Assembly: GCA_963663865.1 (NCBI GenBank)
Contig: OY760686.1
Coordinates: 1,741,730-1,805,729, forward strand
Direction: 5' to 3'
Origin: Spirochaetota bacterium
Lineage (GTDB): Bacteria > Spirochaetota > UBA4802 > UBA5550
DNA: 64,000 nucleotides
Of the stretch, positions 29,839 through 39,203 are shown piece by piece. The number at the start of each line of letters is the position of its first letter. Position 1 is the stretch's first letter. Position numbers and translations under genes: made by a program. The notes beneath the pieces were generated by a model, which was given only the letters and a program-made list of their open reading frames with translations, was not told where the DNA came from and did not search any database.

Positions 29839-30423
29839 TTGAAACTGGGATTTATCGGAGGCACATTCAACCCGGTACATCGCGGGCACATTGATAATGC
29901 CGCTGCGGCCTTCCGGCAGCTTTCGCTTGACCGCTTGATATTTATTCCTGCCTCCAGGCCTGTTCACAAGCAGGTGCCTGTTGGTGCCGATCCGGAAGAC
30001 AGGTTTAGAATGCTTGAACTTGCGGTCGGGGGCGTTCAGGGTTTTGAAGTCTCCAGGATCGAGCTGGATCGCTCGAGCAGCTCATATACAGTCTATACGG
30101 TTGAACAGCTCCGCTCGCTTTATCCTGATGCCGATCTTTACATGATAGTTGGAGCTGATTCGTTTAATCAGCTTGACTCCTGGAAGGACTATAGCAGAAT
30201 TATTAAGCTTGTTACGCCGGTAGTGATGAGAAGAAGGGGAGATTTCTCCCTTCGAGGTGATATATTAAGTCAGGCTCCGGGAACAGTGGTTCTCGAAAAC
30301 GATTTTATTGATATCAGCTCAACTGATGTACGCAAGAGAATAAGGTCCGGTGAACCGATGGAAGCTTATTTGCCGGAGAGCGTTATACAATACATAAAGA
30401 GCAAGGGGCTTTACCTCAGGTGA
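29839..30423 (+). CDS. nadD: Nicotinate-nucleotide adenylyltransferase
   Basis: 'LGFIGGTFNPVHRGH' with a TTG start 3 nt after the proA stop. Confidence 0.85.
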   Translation: MKLGFIGGTFNPVHRGHIDNAAAAFRQLSLDRLIFIPASRPVHKQVPVGADPEDRFRMLELAVGGVQGFEVSRIELDRSSSSYTVYTVEQLRSLYPDADLYMIVGADSFNQLDSWKDYSRIIKLVTPVVMRRRGDFSLRGDILSQAPGTVVLENDFIDISSTDVRKRIRSGEPMEAYLPESVIQYIKSKGLYLR

Positions 30424-31538
30424 AAAAGAGACTGATGATTATAGCGGCAGTTACGGCCGCGCTTATGACAACTTTTTTTACAGTACATTTTTACAAGATC
30501 AGCACGAGAAACGCGGTTGAAAAGCTTGCCGCGGAAAAAAAACTGATCAATCTGCTTATAGCCGGAACAAACGGGAGCGATTCAAAGAGGTGCAGCTTTT
30601 TCGCGATCCTGTCAATTAATCCGGAAAACAACAATATCGGAATTACATTTCTCCCGCCATCCTACAGAATAGCTCCTGACGGGAATGCAGAGGGCGCTGT
30701 ACCCGTCAGCAGCATTGAAAGCTCGGATTTTGATGATTTAAGAAAAACCATATACAGAGATCTCAAGCTGGATGTTCCATTTTTTATAACAATGACTCCT
30801 GCTGTAACAGCAAGATTTATCGATCTGATTGGGGGAATAGATATCTTTGTCCTGGATCAAGTCGAGAATATGGACGGTGTTAGGACTGGCCTGAATTACT
30901 TCGATGGAGACAAAACGGTCTCTTATATTAACAATGCTGTAAACAATTCAATATATATAAAATATGACAGAATTCAGGACGTTCTTATGACCCTTTATCA
31001 AAAAAGGACAGAGCTTGAGCTATTCAGGAATTACAGCTTTGTATCGGAAGCGATGAAGGGAGTGAAGACAAACATACTTCCGCAGGAAGCCCTTTCTATG
31101 CTGGAGTTTGTCTTTAATGAAGGAAATCTGATTTGCGGCATTGTACCTGGAGGATTCAGGGACGGTCTATACGTAGTTGACGATATTTCATACAGGCTTT
31201 TTGAAAGCGAGTTCATGAGCGGGCTTGTTCTGGGAAAGGAGTCCGATTCGCCGATTAAAGTCAAGATATTAAACGGTACCAGCATATCGGGCCTTGCCCG
31301 CAGGATGAGAAACTATCTTAACAGGGACGGTTTGAATGTTGTCGAGTTCAGCACATCGCCATACAGCTCGGTTAAAAAATCCGTCATTATAAGCAGGAAA
31401 GGCGATATCAGATCAATACGAAGGGTGTCGGAGTTGACCGGCATATCAAAAGTTCATTATATTATAGACAATACCCAGCTTAACAATGTGCTGGTAATAA
31501 TTGGAGATGACATTGCGGACACAACAGGACATAGATAA
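30420..31538 (+). CDS. LytR-CpsA-Psr (LCP) family protein with LytR_C domain
   Basis: An N-terminal TM, an LCP core and a C-terminal LytR_C-like region ('KVKILNGTSISGLARRM'). A 4-nt overlap with nadD. Confidence 0.75.
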   Translation: MKKRLMIIAAVTAALMTTFFTVHFYKISTRNAVEKLAAEKKLINLLIAGTNGSDSKRCSFFAILSINPENNNIGITFLPPSYRIAPDGNAEGAVPVSSIESSDFDDLRKTIYRDLKLDVPFFITMTPAVTARFIDLIGGIDIFVLDQVENMDGVRTGLNYFDGDKTVSYINNAVNNSIYIKYDRIQDVLMTLYQKRTELELFRNYSFVSEAMKGVKTNILPQEALSMLEFVFNEGNLICGIVPGGFRDGLYVVDDISYRLFESEFMSGLVLGKESDSPIKVKILNGTSISGLARRMRNYLNRDGLNVVEFSTSPYSSVKKSVIISRKGDIRSIRRVSELTGISKVHYIIDNTQLNNVLVIIGDDIADTTGHR

Positions 31539-31908
31539 CAGAGATATTAACGGCATTACAACAATTACAATCACCGACATCGCTGAAGATACAGAAAGGC
31601 TTCTTGAGGATAATAAAGCTGTAGAAACAAAGCTTCTCGATATAAGAATGTTTAACAGCCTGTTTGATTACTTTATCGTGACAACCGGGTCTTCAAGGGT
31701 ACACTGCAGAGCGTTGGCTCGCGAGGTAAGGGAATACCTTTACAGCATGGGTCTCAGGGAAGCTATGAGGCCTGACATGGATTCCGAGTGGATCATTGTG
31801 GACTTTAACGACATTGTAGTTCATATCTTCACAGAAGAAACAAGAAACTATTATCAGCTTGAGAAGCTGTGGACGGCTCACTCAAACACAGGGCCGGTCA
31901 GCCGCTGA
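31501..31908 (+). CDS. rsfS: Ribosomal silencing factor RsfS (Iojap)
   Basis: 'DYFIVTTGSSRVHCRALAREV...WIIVDFNDIVVHIF'. Confidence 0.8.
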   Translation: MEMTLRTQQDIDNRDINGITTITITDIAEDTERLLEDNKAVETKLLDIRMFNSLFDYFIVTTGSSRVHCRALAREVREYLYSMGLREAMRPDMDSEWIIVDFNDIVVHIFTEETRNYYQLEKLWTAHSNTGPVSR

Positions 31909-31936
31909 CGGTTGCCGGGCCCTGAATCCGAATATT

Positions 31937-33091
31937 TTACTCCTTTCTTTCTCCAACGGTTACCCACAGGTTTATCCTGGACTTGTTTCTCCAGACAACG
32001 AGCTTGACGGTTTTACCGATTTTGCTTTTGCTTATTGTTGATACAAGATCTGAAAATTCGCTGATTTTTGTGTCGTCTACCTGGAGAATCACATCTTTAA
32101 CCTGCACACCGGCTTTATCTGCCGGACCGTCAGGGTCAACTGAACCGACAAGAGCCCCTTCGTTTTTCTTGAGGCCAAGCTCTTTGGCAAATTCTTCAGT
32201 TAATGGCGATATCTGAACGCCAATAAAGCCGCGTTTTATTTTACCGTGTTTCTTGAGCTCAAGAAGGCTTTGCTTAACATTGTTAATCGGTATAGAAAAG
32301 CCTATCCCGATACTTCCGCCGCTCTGAGAGTAAATGGCCCTGTTAACCCCTATGACCTCTCCGTCAATATTGATAAGCGGTCCGCCGGAGTTGCCCTGGT
32401 TGATGGACGCGTCAGTCTGAATATGGGAATTGCCGAGACTGTCGACCTTCTTCCTGCCGGTAGCGCTGACAATGCCCGAAGTAAATGTTTTATCAAGGCC
32501 GAATGGGTTGCCAATGGCAACAACCATGTCTCCTATCTGAACGTCATCCGAATTGCCAAGGTGAACGGGCTTGAATTTTTTTCCGCTTTCGATTTTCAGA
32601 AGAGCTATGTCGAGCATGCTGTCTGTTCCAATAACCTTTGCTTTATAGTCTTCATCATTGACTGTTACTGTCGCGGAATCAACTTTATCTACTACGTGGG
32701 CGTTTGTGCAGACATATCCGTCGCTGCTTACAATGAAACCCGTTCCAAGGCCCCGCTGTTTTTTTGTTTTAGGCGTCTTTGGAGTATTGCCGAAGAACTG
32801 TCTAAAAAAAGGATCGTCCGCGAAGGGGTTTGAGTATCTGACTTTGACCGTTTTCTCGGTGCTGATGAATACCACTGAATCCTTATATTCATTGTAGATG
32901 TCGCGGTAAGCCTGCTGCACCTGATAGACGGTCTTTTGTCCGCTTTCTCCTTTTATGGGAGAGGGTTTGTACGCGTCGTCTAAAAAGGTTCCTCCGGCAA
33001 AGAGCATGCAGGAAGTTAAAAGTAAAGAAATTGATACAGCTGAAGCAGTTAACAGGTTTTGCGTTTTTAGAAAATTTTTCTTAAAAAGCAT
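31937..33091 (-). CDS. htrA: HtrA/DegP-family serine protease with PDZ domain
   Basis: Catalytic triad context 'TNAHVV' and 'GNSGGPL', a C-terminal PDZ and a signal ending LTSC. Confidence 0.85.
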   Translation of the reverse strand: MLFKKNFLKTQNLLTASAVSISLLLTSCMLFAGGTFLDDAYKPSPIKGESGQKTVYQVQQAYRDIYNEYKDSVVFISTEKTVKVRYSNPFADDPFFRQFFGNTPKTPKTKKQRGLGTGFIVSSDGYVCTNAHVVDKVDSATVTVNDEDYKAKVIGTDSMLDIALLKIESGKKFKPVHLGNSDDVQIGDMVVAIGNPFGLDKTFTSGIVSATGRKKVDSLGNSHIQTDASINQGNSGGPLINIDGEVIGVNRAIYSQSGGSIGIGFSIPINNVKQSLLELKKHGKIKRGFIGVQISPLTEEFAKELGLKKNEGALVGSVDPDGPADKAGVQVKDVILQVDDTKISEFSDLVSTISKSKIGKTVKLVVWRNKSRINLWVTVGERKE

Positions 33092-33428
33092 TTGATTTAC
33101 CTCTGTTTAGTGATATAATAGCTTTAACAGGTTTTGAGCCTTATCTGGACGCACAAAAGATGGGGCATCAAAGATGTTTCGTTGTTACGTTTTTTTAAAG
33201 CTTTCATCGAAATATTGTTCCAGACAAGGCAGACGGCCTTCTTGTCTTTTGCCGTCGTCTCCCGGTAATGGGCCTGGATATATAACTTTGATATTTTGAG
33301 TCTTGGTTTGTTACAAACTTTTCATTTTCTCTTTATATAATATTTATAATTCTCTGGTTATTCTTCCTTTGTACAAAACATTAAGCGCGTTAGTTATTCG
33401 CGCAGTTAAATAATGGAGGAACAAAAAG

Positions 33429-34445
33429 ATGAAGTTAAAGTTTCTTGCCGCAGGCGTACTGGCTGTGTTTTCAGCGGGGGCTGTTTTTGCCCAGGAAGCT
33501 CCAGTGAAAGAGGCTGCTGCCGGGGAGATATCCGGTGAGGCTTATTTCGGTTATTATGGCGATCTTAACGGAGATGACAAAACTCACGGGTTTGAACTGG
33601 AAAGGGTATACGTAAACTGGAAGAAAAAGCTGAGCGATACGCTTTCAGCCAGGGTAACTGCTGATGTTTATCAGTCAGACGATGTTGATGGTGACGGCAA
33701 GTCTGACGGACGCGGAGACTTTTTTGTAAAGTATGCTTACTTCCAGTACAAGGATTCTTTCGGTACCATTGGAACGCAGCTTCAGGCAGGTCTTATCGGG
33801 AACCCGGTGCTTGGTCTTGTCGACAAAATGGCCGGAATGAGATGGCTGACAAAAAACCAGATGGACACAATGAAGATTGATAACTCTGCTGATCTGGGAG
33901 TGTCATTCAGCATGAATATCATGAAGATGGCTGACATAACTGCTTACTATGCTAATGGAGAAGGCTACAAGACAATCTCCGGCGAAGCCTACAAAGGAAA
34001 ACAGTTCAGCGGACTTCTTTCTCTGACTCCGTTAAAGGGACTGTTCATCAATGCTTTTTATAAATACGAGAAGGTTGATGAAGAGGGAACCAAGGACTCT
34101 TACTTCGGCGGCGGAATCGCCTGGAGCGACAAGATGTACAAGGCAGGCGTAAATCTTACAAGCGTTACAGATGCCCACAAGGAGTCTTATGGAAAGGGTC
34201 TTTACACAGACGCGTGGGTCAATGTAAACATGAAAGACCTTGCCGGAATGCCGATAACCTTTAATGGACGCCTGGGCTACATAATGCCTGACGAGGACGG
34301 AGCGGACGAAACAATGACATTCGCTTTCGGCCCCGGCTATCAGTTTGCTGACAGCCTTCAGGCCGCTCTGTGGTGCACATACGCAAAAACGGGCGACGAA
34401 AAGGCAGATGTAAACGGTGCGATCAAGTTTGAGCTGAAGTACTGA
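33429..34445 (+). CDS. Putative outer-membrane beta-barrel porin (OprO/P-like)
   Basis: A signal peptide with AXA cleavage (VFAQE), alternating amphipathic strands and a C-terminal 'FELKY' aromatic terminus. Confidence 0.5.
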   Translation: MKLKFLAAGVLAVFSAGAVFAQEAPVKEAAAGEISGEAYFGYYGDLNGDDKTHGFELERVYVNWKKKLSDTLSARVTADVYQSDDVDGDGKSDGRGDFFVKYAYFQYKDSFGTIGTQLQAGLIGNPVLGLVDKMAGMRWLTKNQMDTMKIDNSADLGVSFSMNIMKMADITAYYANGEGYKTISGEAYKGKQFSGLLSLTPLKGLFINAFYKYEKVDEEGTKDSYFGGGIAWSDKMYKAGVNLTSVTDAHKESYGKGLYTDAWVNVNMKDLAGMPITFNGRLGYIMPDEDGADETMTFAFGPGYQFADSLQAALWCTYAKTGDEKADVNGAIKFELKY

Positions 34446-34469
34446 GAATTAAACACCTGATAATGATTA

Positions 34470-34500
34470 GCCGCTCAGCCATGGTTGGGCGGCTTTTTTG
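34470..34500 (+). terminator. Rho-independent terminator after the porin gene
   Basis: The stem-loop AGCCGCTCAGCC...GGGCGGCT followed by TTTTTTG. Confidence 0.45.
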
Positions 34501-34852
34501 TGCACTGAAAATCGTTGTGTGGATGAAATAAAGCCGGTGTACCTGATAGAAGGGAAATTTGCCGGAAAAAGCACAATTGGATGCGGATGAGTATAAGAAC
34601 CATTTTACTGTAGATCTCAGCAGCGATTTTTCTGGCAGCTTCTGCGATGACAGGTCGGATTATTATTTCCCCTATATTGATCATTAAGCTCGGACACACC
34701 ATTAGGTCATTATTGCAAAGTCCACTGGGGACTAATAGAAGCGATTGTATATTAGTCATGTAAGTTGAAATCTAAACTGCCCATATGTTAACGGGCAGTC
34801 ATAAATGGTAGTGGAATATTAATGATATTTATGTGTATGACTGGCAGGACAC

Positions 34853-35554
34853 TCAGTAAGTCTCGGTCTTTTCTTCGCCGTTATTGGAATAGGTCCAGGT
34901 TCCTGTTTTTTTGCCTTCGTTGTAGGCTCCCTTTGCCTCAATCTGGCCGTTTATGTCGTAGTACTGCCAGAGTCCTTCTTTGTTCCCCTTGCTGTATTTC
35001 CCAAGCATCTTAAGCTTCCCGTTAGGGTAATAGATATTTGTCTGTCCGTCCTTGAGGCCGTTGCTGTACCAGCTTATTTCGCATGGCTTGCCGTCCTTGT
35101 AGTAGTGGAAGTACTTCCCGTTGAGCTTCTCGTCGCGGAAGTTCTCTACAATGTTTGCTACGCCGGAATCGTGGAATGTTATCCGCTGACCGTTGAGCTT
35201 TCCGTTTCTATAGGAGGCCTTTGCCACAACCTTGCCCCCGGTAGAGTACTCAGACCAGACTCCATTTTTGAGCCCATTGCTGTATGAACCTGAGAGCATC
35301 ATCTTTCCGCCGTTTTCTGAGCTGTAGTAGTAGACCCACTTGCCGTGCTTATTGTGATTTTTAACAGGTCCTTTGCCTTTGAGTGAGCCATCAGGCCTTA
35401 GCTCTTCAAGTATGCCGTCAGCCATGTCTGTTGTTGTTGAGGCTTCGATTGAATCAATGTCGTATATTTTAAATGAATTGGCGGGCTGACTCGACAGAAG
35501 AGCAGCCGGAATTATTACTGAACTTAAAAAAACAACTGATAACTTTTTTCTCAT
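34853..35554 (-). CDS. Secreted MORN-repeat protein (YwqK-like)
   Basis: A signal peptide and repeated 'G.W..Y..GK...G.Y.NG...G' MORN-variant units. Confidence 0.65.
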   Translation of the reverse strand: MRKKLSVVFLSSVIIPAALLSSQPANSFKIYDIDSIEASTTTDMADGILEELRPDGSLKGKGPVKNHNKHGKWVYYYSSENGGKMMLSGSYSNGLKNGVWSEYSTGGKVVAKASYRNGKLNGQRITFHDSGVANIVENFRDEKLNGKYFHYYKDGKPCEISWYSNGLKDGQTNIYYPNGKLKMLGKYSKGNKEGLWQYYDINGQIEAKGAYNEGKKTGTWTYSNNGEEKTETY

Positions 35555-35837
35555 ATTAAACCCCTAATATTTTGTCTGAAACATTACATTTTAATGAACA
35601 CCGTTATATGTGTCAAACATTTACGTTATTAAGTCAAGAATTCTTTGAATGACGGATAATTTACGAAGATATAAGAGGTTAGACCCTGTTTAATCGTGAA
35701 ACACTTCAAAAAAATAACACAGCTGTCGGGGGCCCGGGAAGAATAAATACTGAAGGAAAATCCTGATTTTCCGACAATGAAGACATAATCCGGTATATTA
35801 TACAGTGCCGGCAATATCAGCAACGAGGTAACAGACA

Positions 35838-36632
35838 ATGATGAGATCACTCTGGACAGCGGCTTCAGGAATGGTGGGCCAGCAGTTTAATATAGATACA
35901 GTTTCAAACAACCTTTCGAATGTTAACACAACTGGATTCAAAAAGCAGAGGGCCGAGTTTGAAGACCTGCTTTATCAGACTGTACTGATGGCCGGAACGC
36001 CGGCAACAGAGGTAACTGAGGTCCCAACAGGAATACAGGTGGGACACGGAGTAAAGGTCGCGGCCACGCAGAAGATGTTTGAGCAGGGAAGCCTCCAGGC
36101 AACCGAGAATAAAACAGATATAGCTCTTGAAGGAGAGGGATTCTTCAAGGTACAGCTCTTTGACGGATCCATGGCCTATACGCGTGACGGTTCTTTTAAG
36201 ATCGATTCTGAGAGGCAGCTGGTTACATCCAACGGATATCTTATGGAGCCTCCGATAGTTCTTCCTGACAATTTCATCCACAATTCGCTGAGCATAAGTC
36301 AGGACGGCCGCATAACGGTTAAGCTTATCGGCGAGGATGATCCGGTTGAGGTTGGAATAATGGAGGTGTACAGGTTTGTCAATCCAGCTGGTCTTCAGAG
36401 CATAGGGGGAAACCTGTTTAAAACAACAGCCGCTTCAGGTGAGGAAATAGCCGGCAGGCCTGCCATTGACGGGATGGCGCGACTGCATCAGGGCTTTCTT
36501 GAGATGTCGAATGTTAAGGTCGTAGAGGAAATGGTCAATATGATAGTTGCCCAGAGGGCCTATGAGGTAAACTCAAAGGCAATTCAAACCTCAGATTCCA
36601 TGCTCGGAACAGCTATAGGGCTTAAGCGTTGA
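35838..36632 (+). CDS. flgG: Flagellar basal-body rod protein FlgG
   Basis: 'MMRSLWTAASGM...NNLSNVNTTGFK' and the C-terminal 'AQRAYEVNSKAIQTSD'. Confidence 0.85.
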   Translation: MMRSLWTAASGMVGQQFNIDTVSNNLSNVNTTGFKKQRAEFEDLLYQTVLMAGTPATEVTEVPTGIQVGHGVKVAATQKMFEQGSLQATENKTDIALEGEGFFKVQLFDGSMAYTRDGSFKIDSERQLVTSNGYLMEPPIVLPDNFIHNSLSISQDGRITVKLIGEDDPVEVGIMEVYRFVNPAGLQSIGGNLFKTTAASGEEIAGRPAIDGMARLHQGFLEMSNVKVVEEMVNMIVAQRAYEVNSKAIQTSDSMLGTAIGLKR

Positions 36633-37156
36633 CGGGAATTAGACTAAAAGCAGTTTCTTTTGCTTTGCTCATACTCCCTGCTCAACTGTTTGCGGGTGAA
36701 AGTATAAGCATGTATCTTTATTCGAGGGTAAGCTGCTCCGGGAAGGCACGCATTTCCGACATCTGCAGATTAGATGGTCCTGGTGACTGGACAGCTGAGA
36801 TCGCGGCACTTGAGCTGCCAGAGAAGCTGTATGATGACGGACTCGTTGATTCATCTGAAATAGTCAGTCTCTTGAAGGACAGCGGTTTTGACCGGCATGT
36901 GGACATATATGGAAGTTCGGTAAGGTTTGAATCAACAACACCTCATAATCGGGCGGGGGATAAAGCCCCTCAGATCATCCTTGTTGGCCGTGACCGCACA
37001 GTGCGTATTGTATACCGCAGGAACGGTATCTCAGTTGAGTTAAAGGGTAAGGCTCTGAACTCGGGTAAGGCCGGAGATGAGATTGAGGTTCGATCCGGTA
37101 AACGGATAATCAGGGCTGTTGTTACAGGAAATGATGTCGTGGAGATATTGATGTGA
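36629..37156 (+). CDS. flgA: Flagellar P-ring assembly chaperone FlgA
   Basis: A signal peptide and a C-terminal SAF-like region 'GDEIEVRSGKRIIRAVVTG'. Its position between flgG and flgH supports the call. Confidence 0.6.
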   Translation: MTGIRLKAVSFALLILPAQLFAGESISMYLYSRVSCSGKARISDICRLDGPGDWTAEIAALELPEKLYDDGLVDSSEIVSLLKDSGFDRHVDIYGSSVRFESTTPHNRAGDKAPQIILVGRDRTVRIVYRRNGISVELKGKALNSGKAGDEIEVRSGKRIIRAVVTGNDVVEILM

Positions 37157-37779
37157 GACGGGTCATCGCCTCAGTTATAATATTGTTCAGCGCGGGATTC
37201 CTTTCCGCGGCTACGGTGTGGGTTGAGAAAAACCTGTACTCGTCGGGAAGCAGCCTTAATCCAGGCGATATTATCAGAATAAGTATAGATGATATATCAT
37301 CCATTCAGTTTTCAATGGATATCAAGGGAGGAGAATCCCTCTCTGTCGACTCCAGCCCGGATGTTACGATTTCGGGCTTTCTGCCCAAAGTAATATCAAC
37401 CAAAAATATAAAGAATGAAAACAATCTGAGGTACAACAGTAAAAACAGAATGTCGGCTGTAATTGCTGCCAGAGTAACCGGGCGGGATCAGGCCGGCAAA
37501 CTCGCGGTTGCCGGGACAAGAACATACAGCTTTGACGGTAAAACGAATACAGTAAATGTCAGGGGAACCGTTGACCCTTCGCTCGTTGTAGGTGATTTAA
37601 TAAGTTCGGCGTCGGTATCAGACTTCCGGATGGAAATACGCTCTACGGTCGAAGGCGTCGGAATCAGGAGACAGGCCCCGGGGCCGGACGAGCAGGCGGC
37701 TGTAACGCTCACGGAAGCAGAGAAGAGAGAGCTTATAGTCCAGTATCTTGAGAAAATGTTAAGTATAATTGGCAGATAA
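37153..37779 (+). CDS. flgH: Flagellar L-ring protein FlgH (no lipobox cysteine)
   Basis: 'NLYSSGSSLNPGDIIRISI' and '...VRGTVDPSLVVGDLISSASVSDFRMEI' match FlgH blocks. The protein contains no Cys. Confidence 0.75.
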   Translation: MRRVIASVIILFSAGFLSAATVWVEKNLYSSGSSLNPGDIIRISIDDISSIQFSMDIKGGESLSVDSSPDVTISGFLPKVISTKNIKNENNLRYNSKNRMSAVIAARVTGRDQAGKLAVAGTRTYSFDGKTNTVNVRGTVDPSLVVGDLISSASVSDFRMEIRSTVEGVGIRRQAPGPDEQAAVTLTEAEKRELIVQYLEKMLSIIGR

Positions 37780-38785
37780 GATGAGAAAAAAATACTTCCA
37801 AATTGCACTTCCGCTGTTAGCCCTTTTTCTGCTGACAACTGCATCAAACAGCCAGGTGCCTGTTAAGATTAAAGACCTTGCCGTGTTTGACGGGATCAGG
37901 TCGAACCATATTTTCGGATACGGGCTGGTTGTTGGACTTCAGGGAACAGGCGATTCGAAATCACATCTTGCCGGGACGACCCTGTCAAATTTTTTAAAGA
38001 ACGCAGGCATTGACGCTGAAATGACGGTTACAAAAAACAGCGCGGCTGTTCTGCTGACAGCTGAACTTCCGCCATTCGCTGTAACAGGCGAAAAAATAAA
38101 TGTTACCGTATCATCCATTGGGGACGCTAAATCGCTTGAAGGCGGAACGCTCATTCAGTCACAGCTTGGAGCATCAGACGGAAATATTTACGCAGTCGCT
38201 CAGGGAAAGCTTTCGATTCAGGGAGCCGCAAACAACAGAAGGGGAGTTAAGACGACAGCCGTTGTGATGCAGGGCGGTGTCATTGAGCGCAATGTTGCTG
38301 CCCAAATTATCAATGAAAATAGTGTATCGCTTGTTTTGAACGATTGGGATTATACTCTGGCGGAGAGGATAATAAAGGGGATTGAGAAAAAATATCCCGA
38401 TTCAAAGCCTCAGATCACAGCAGACGGCAAGATTCAGCTTTCACTGAGCGCTAACATTCCGCCTCAGGAGTTTCTCGGCACTGTAGAAAATATTGAGGTC
38501 GTTCCATCGTACAAAGCCCGCGTTGTAATCAATGAAAAGGACGGTACGATCGCAGCGGGTGGCTCCGTGAGGCTTTCTGAGGCCATGGTTTCTGTTAACG
38601 GGCTTGTGGTTGATATTGAAGGAAGTTCACGAAAAGGATCTACTGCATATTTTGGGAACACTACCTCTGTAAGAGACCTTGTTGAGGCCCTTAACTCGGT
38701 CGGTGCGGAAACTTCAGATATTATATCGATTATGAAGTCATTAAAGGCCGCCGGTGCTTTACATGCTGAGCTTATCATCCGATAA
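37769..38785 (+). CDS. flgI: Flagellar P-ring protein FlgI
   Basis: 'IKDLAVFDGIRSNHIFGYGLVVGLQGTGD' with full-length FlgI similarity. Confidence 0.9.
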   Translation: MADKMRKKYFQIALPLLALFLLTTASNSQVPVKIKDLAVFDGIRSNHIFGYGLVVGLQGTGDSKSHLAGTTLSNFLKNAGIDAEMTVTKNSAAVLLTAELPPFAVTGEKINVTVSSIGDAKSLEGGTLIQSQLGASDGNIYAVAQGKLSIQGAANNRRGVKTTAVVMQGGVIERNVAAQIINENSVSLVLNDWDYTLAERIIKGIEKKYPDSKPQITADGKIQLSLSANIPPQEFLGTVENIEVVPSYKARVVINEKDGTIAAGGSVRLSEAMVSVNGLVVDIEGSSRKGSTAYFGNTTSVRDLVEALNSVGAETSDIISIMKSLKAAGALHAELIIR

Positions 38786-38803
38786 TAAAGCTGAGGTGAT
38801 GAG

Positions 38804-39181
38804 ATGATTAACAACGCAATGCTTAACAGTGTAGTATTGGAATCAGGTCGTACTGCCAGGACAGAGGCCTTGACAGGTAGCCTGAAAAACCGTTCGGAAG
38901 GAGCATCTTTTGGTGAGCAGCTTAAGAATGAGCTTGCCAGAAGAGATGAAAGAACCGACATACAGCTCAAAGATGCCTGTGTACAAATGGAGTCCATATT
39001 TGTCGGTAAAATGCTAAAGGAAATGAGAAAGTCTGTACAGAAATCGGAATGGATCAGCGGCGGGTTCGCGGAAGAGGTGTTTGAAGACATGCTATACGAT
39101 GAATACGCGCTGTCAATATCCAAAAACTCAAACATGGGAATCGCAAAGATGATGTATGAGGAAATGAGCAGAAAACTTTGA
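38804..39181 (+). CDS. flgJ: Flagellar rod-binding protein (FlgJ N-terminal domain only)
   Basis: Rod-binding motif 'MESIFVGKMLKEMRKS'. At 125 aa there is no muramidase domain. Confidence 0.75.
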   Translation: MINNAMLNSVVLESGRTARTEALTGSLKNRSEGASFGEQLKNELARRDERTDIQLKDACVQMESIFVGKMLKEMRKSVQKSEWISGGFAEEVFEDMLYDEYALSISKNSNMGIAKMMYEEMSRKL

Positions 39182-39203
39182 CGTATTTGTACGGGTCGCA
39201 CTG

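Noticed and set aside
34475-34759. A 94-aa minus-strand ORF between the porin and MORN genes.
   Set aside because: It spans both genes' terminator hairpins, has odd composition and no RBS. It is probably non-coding.
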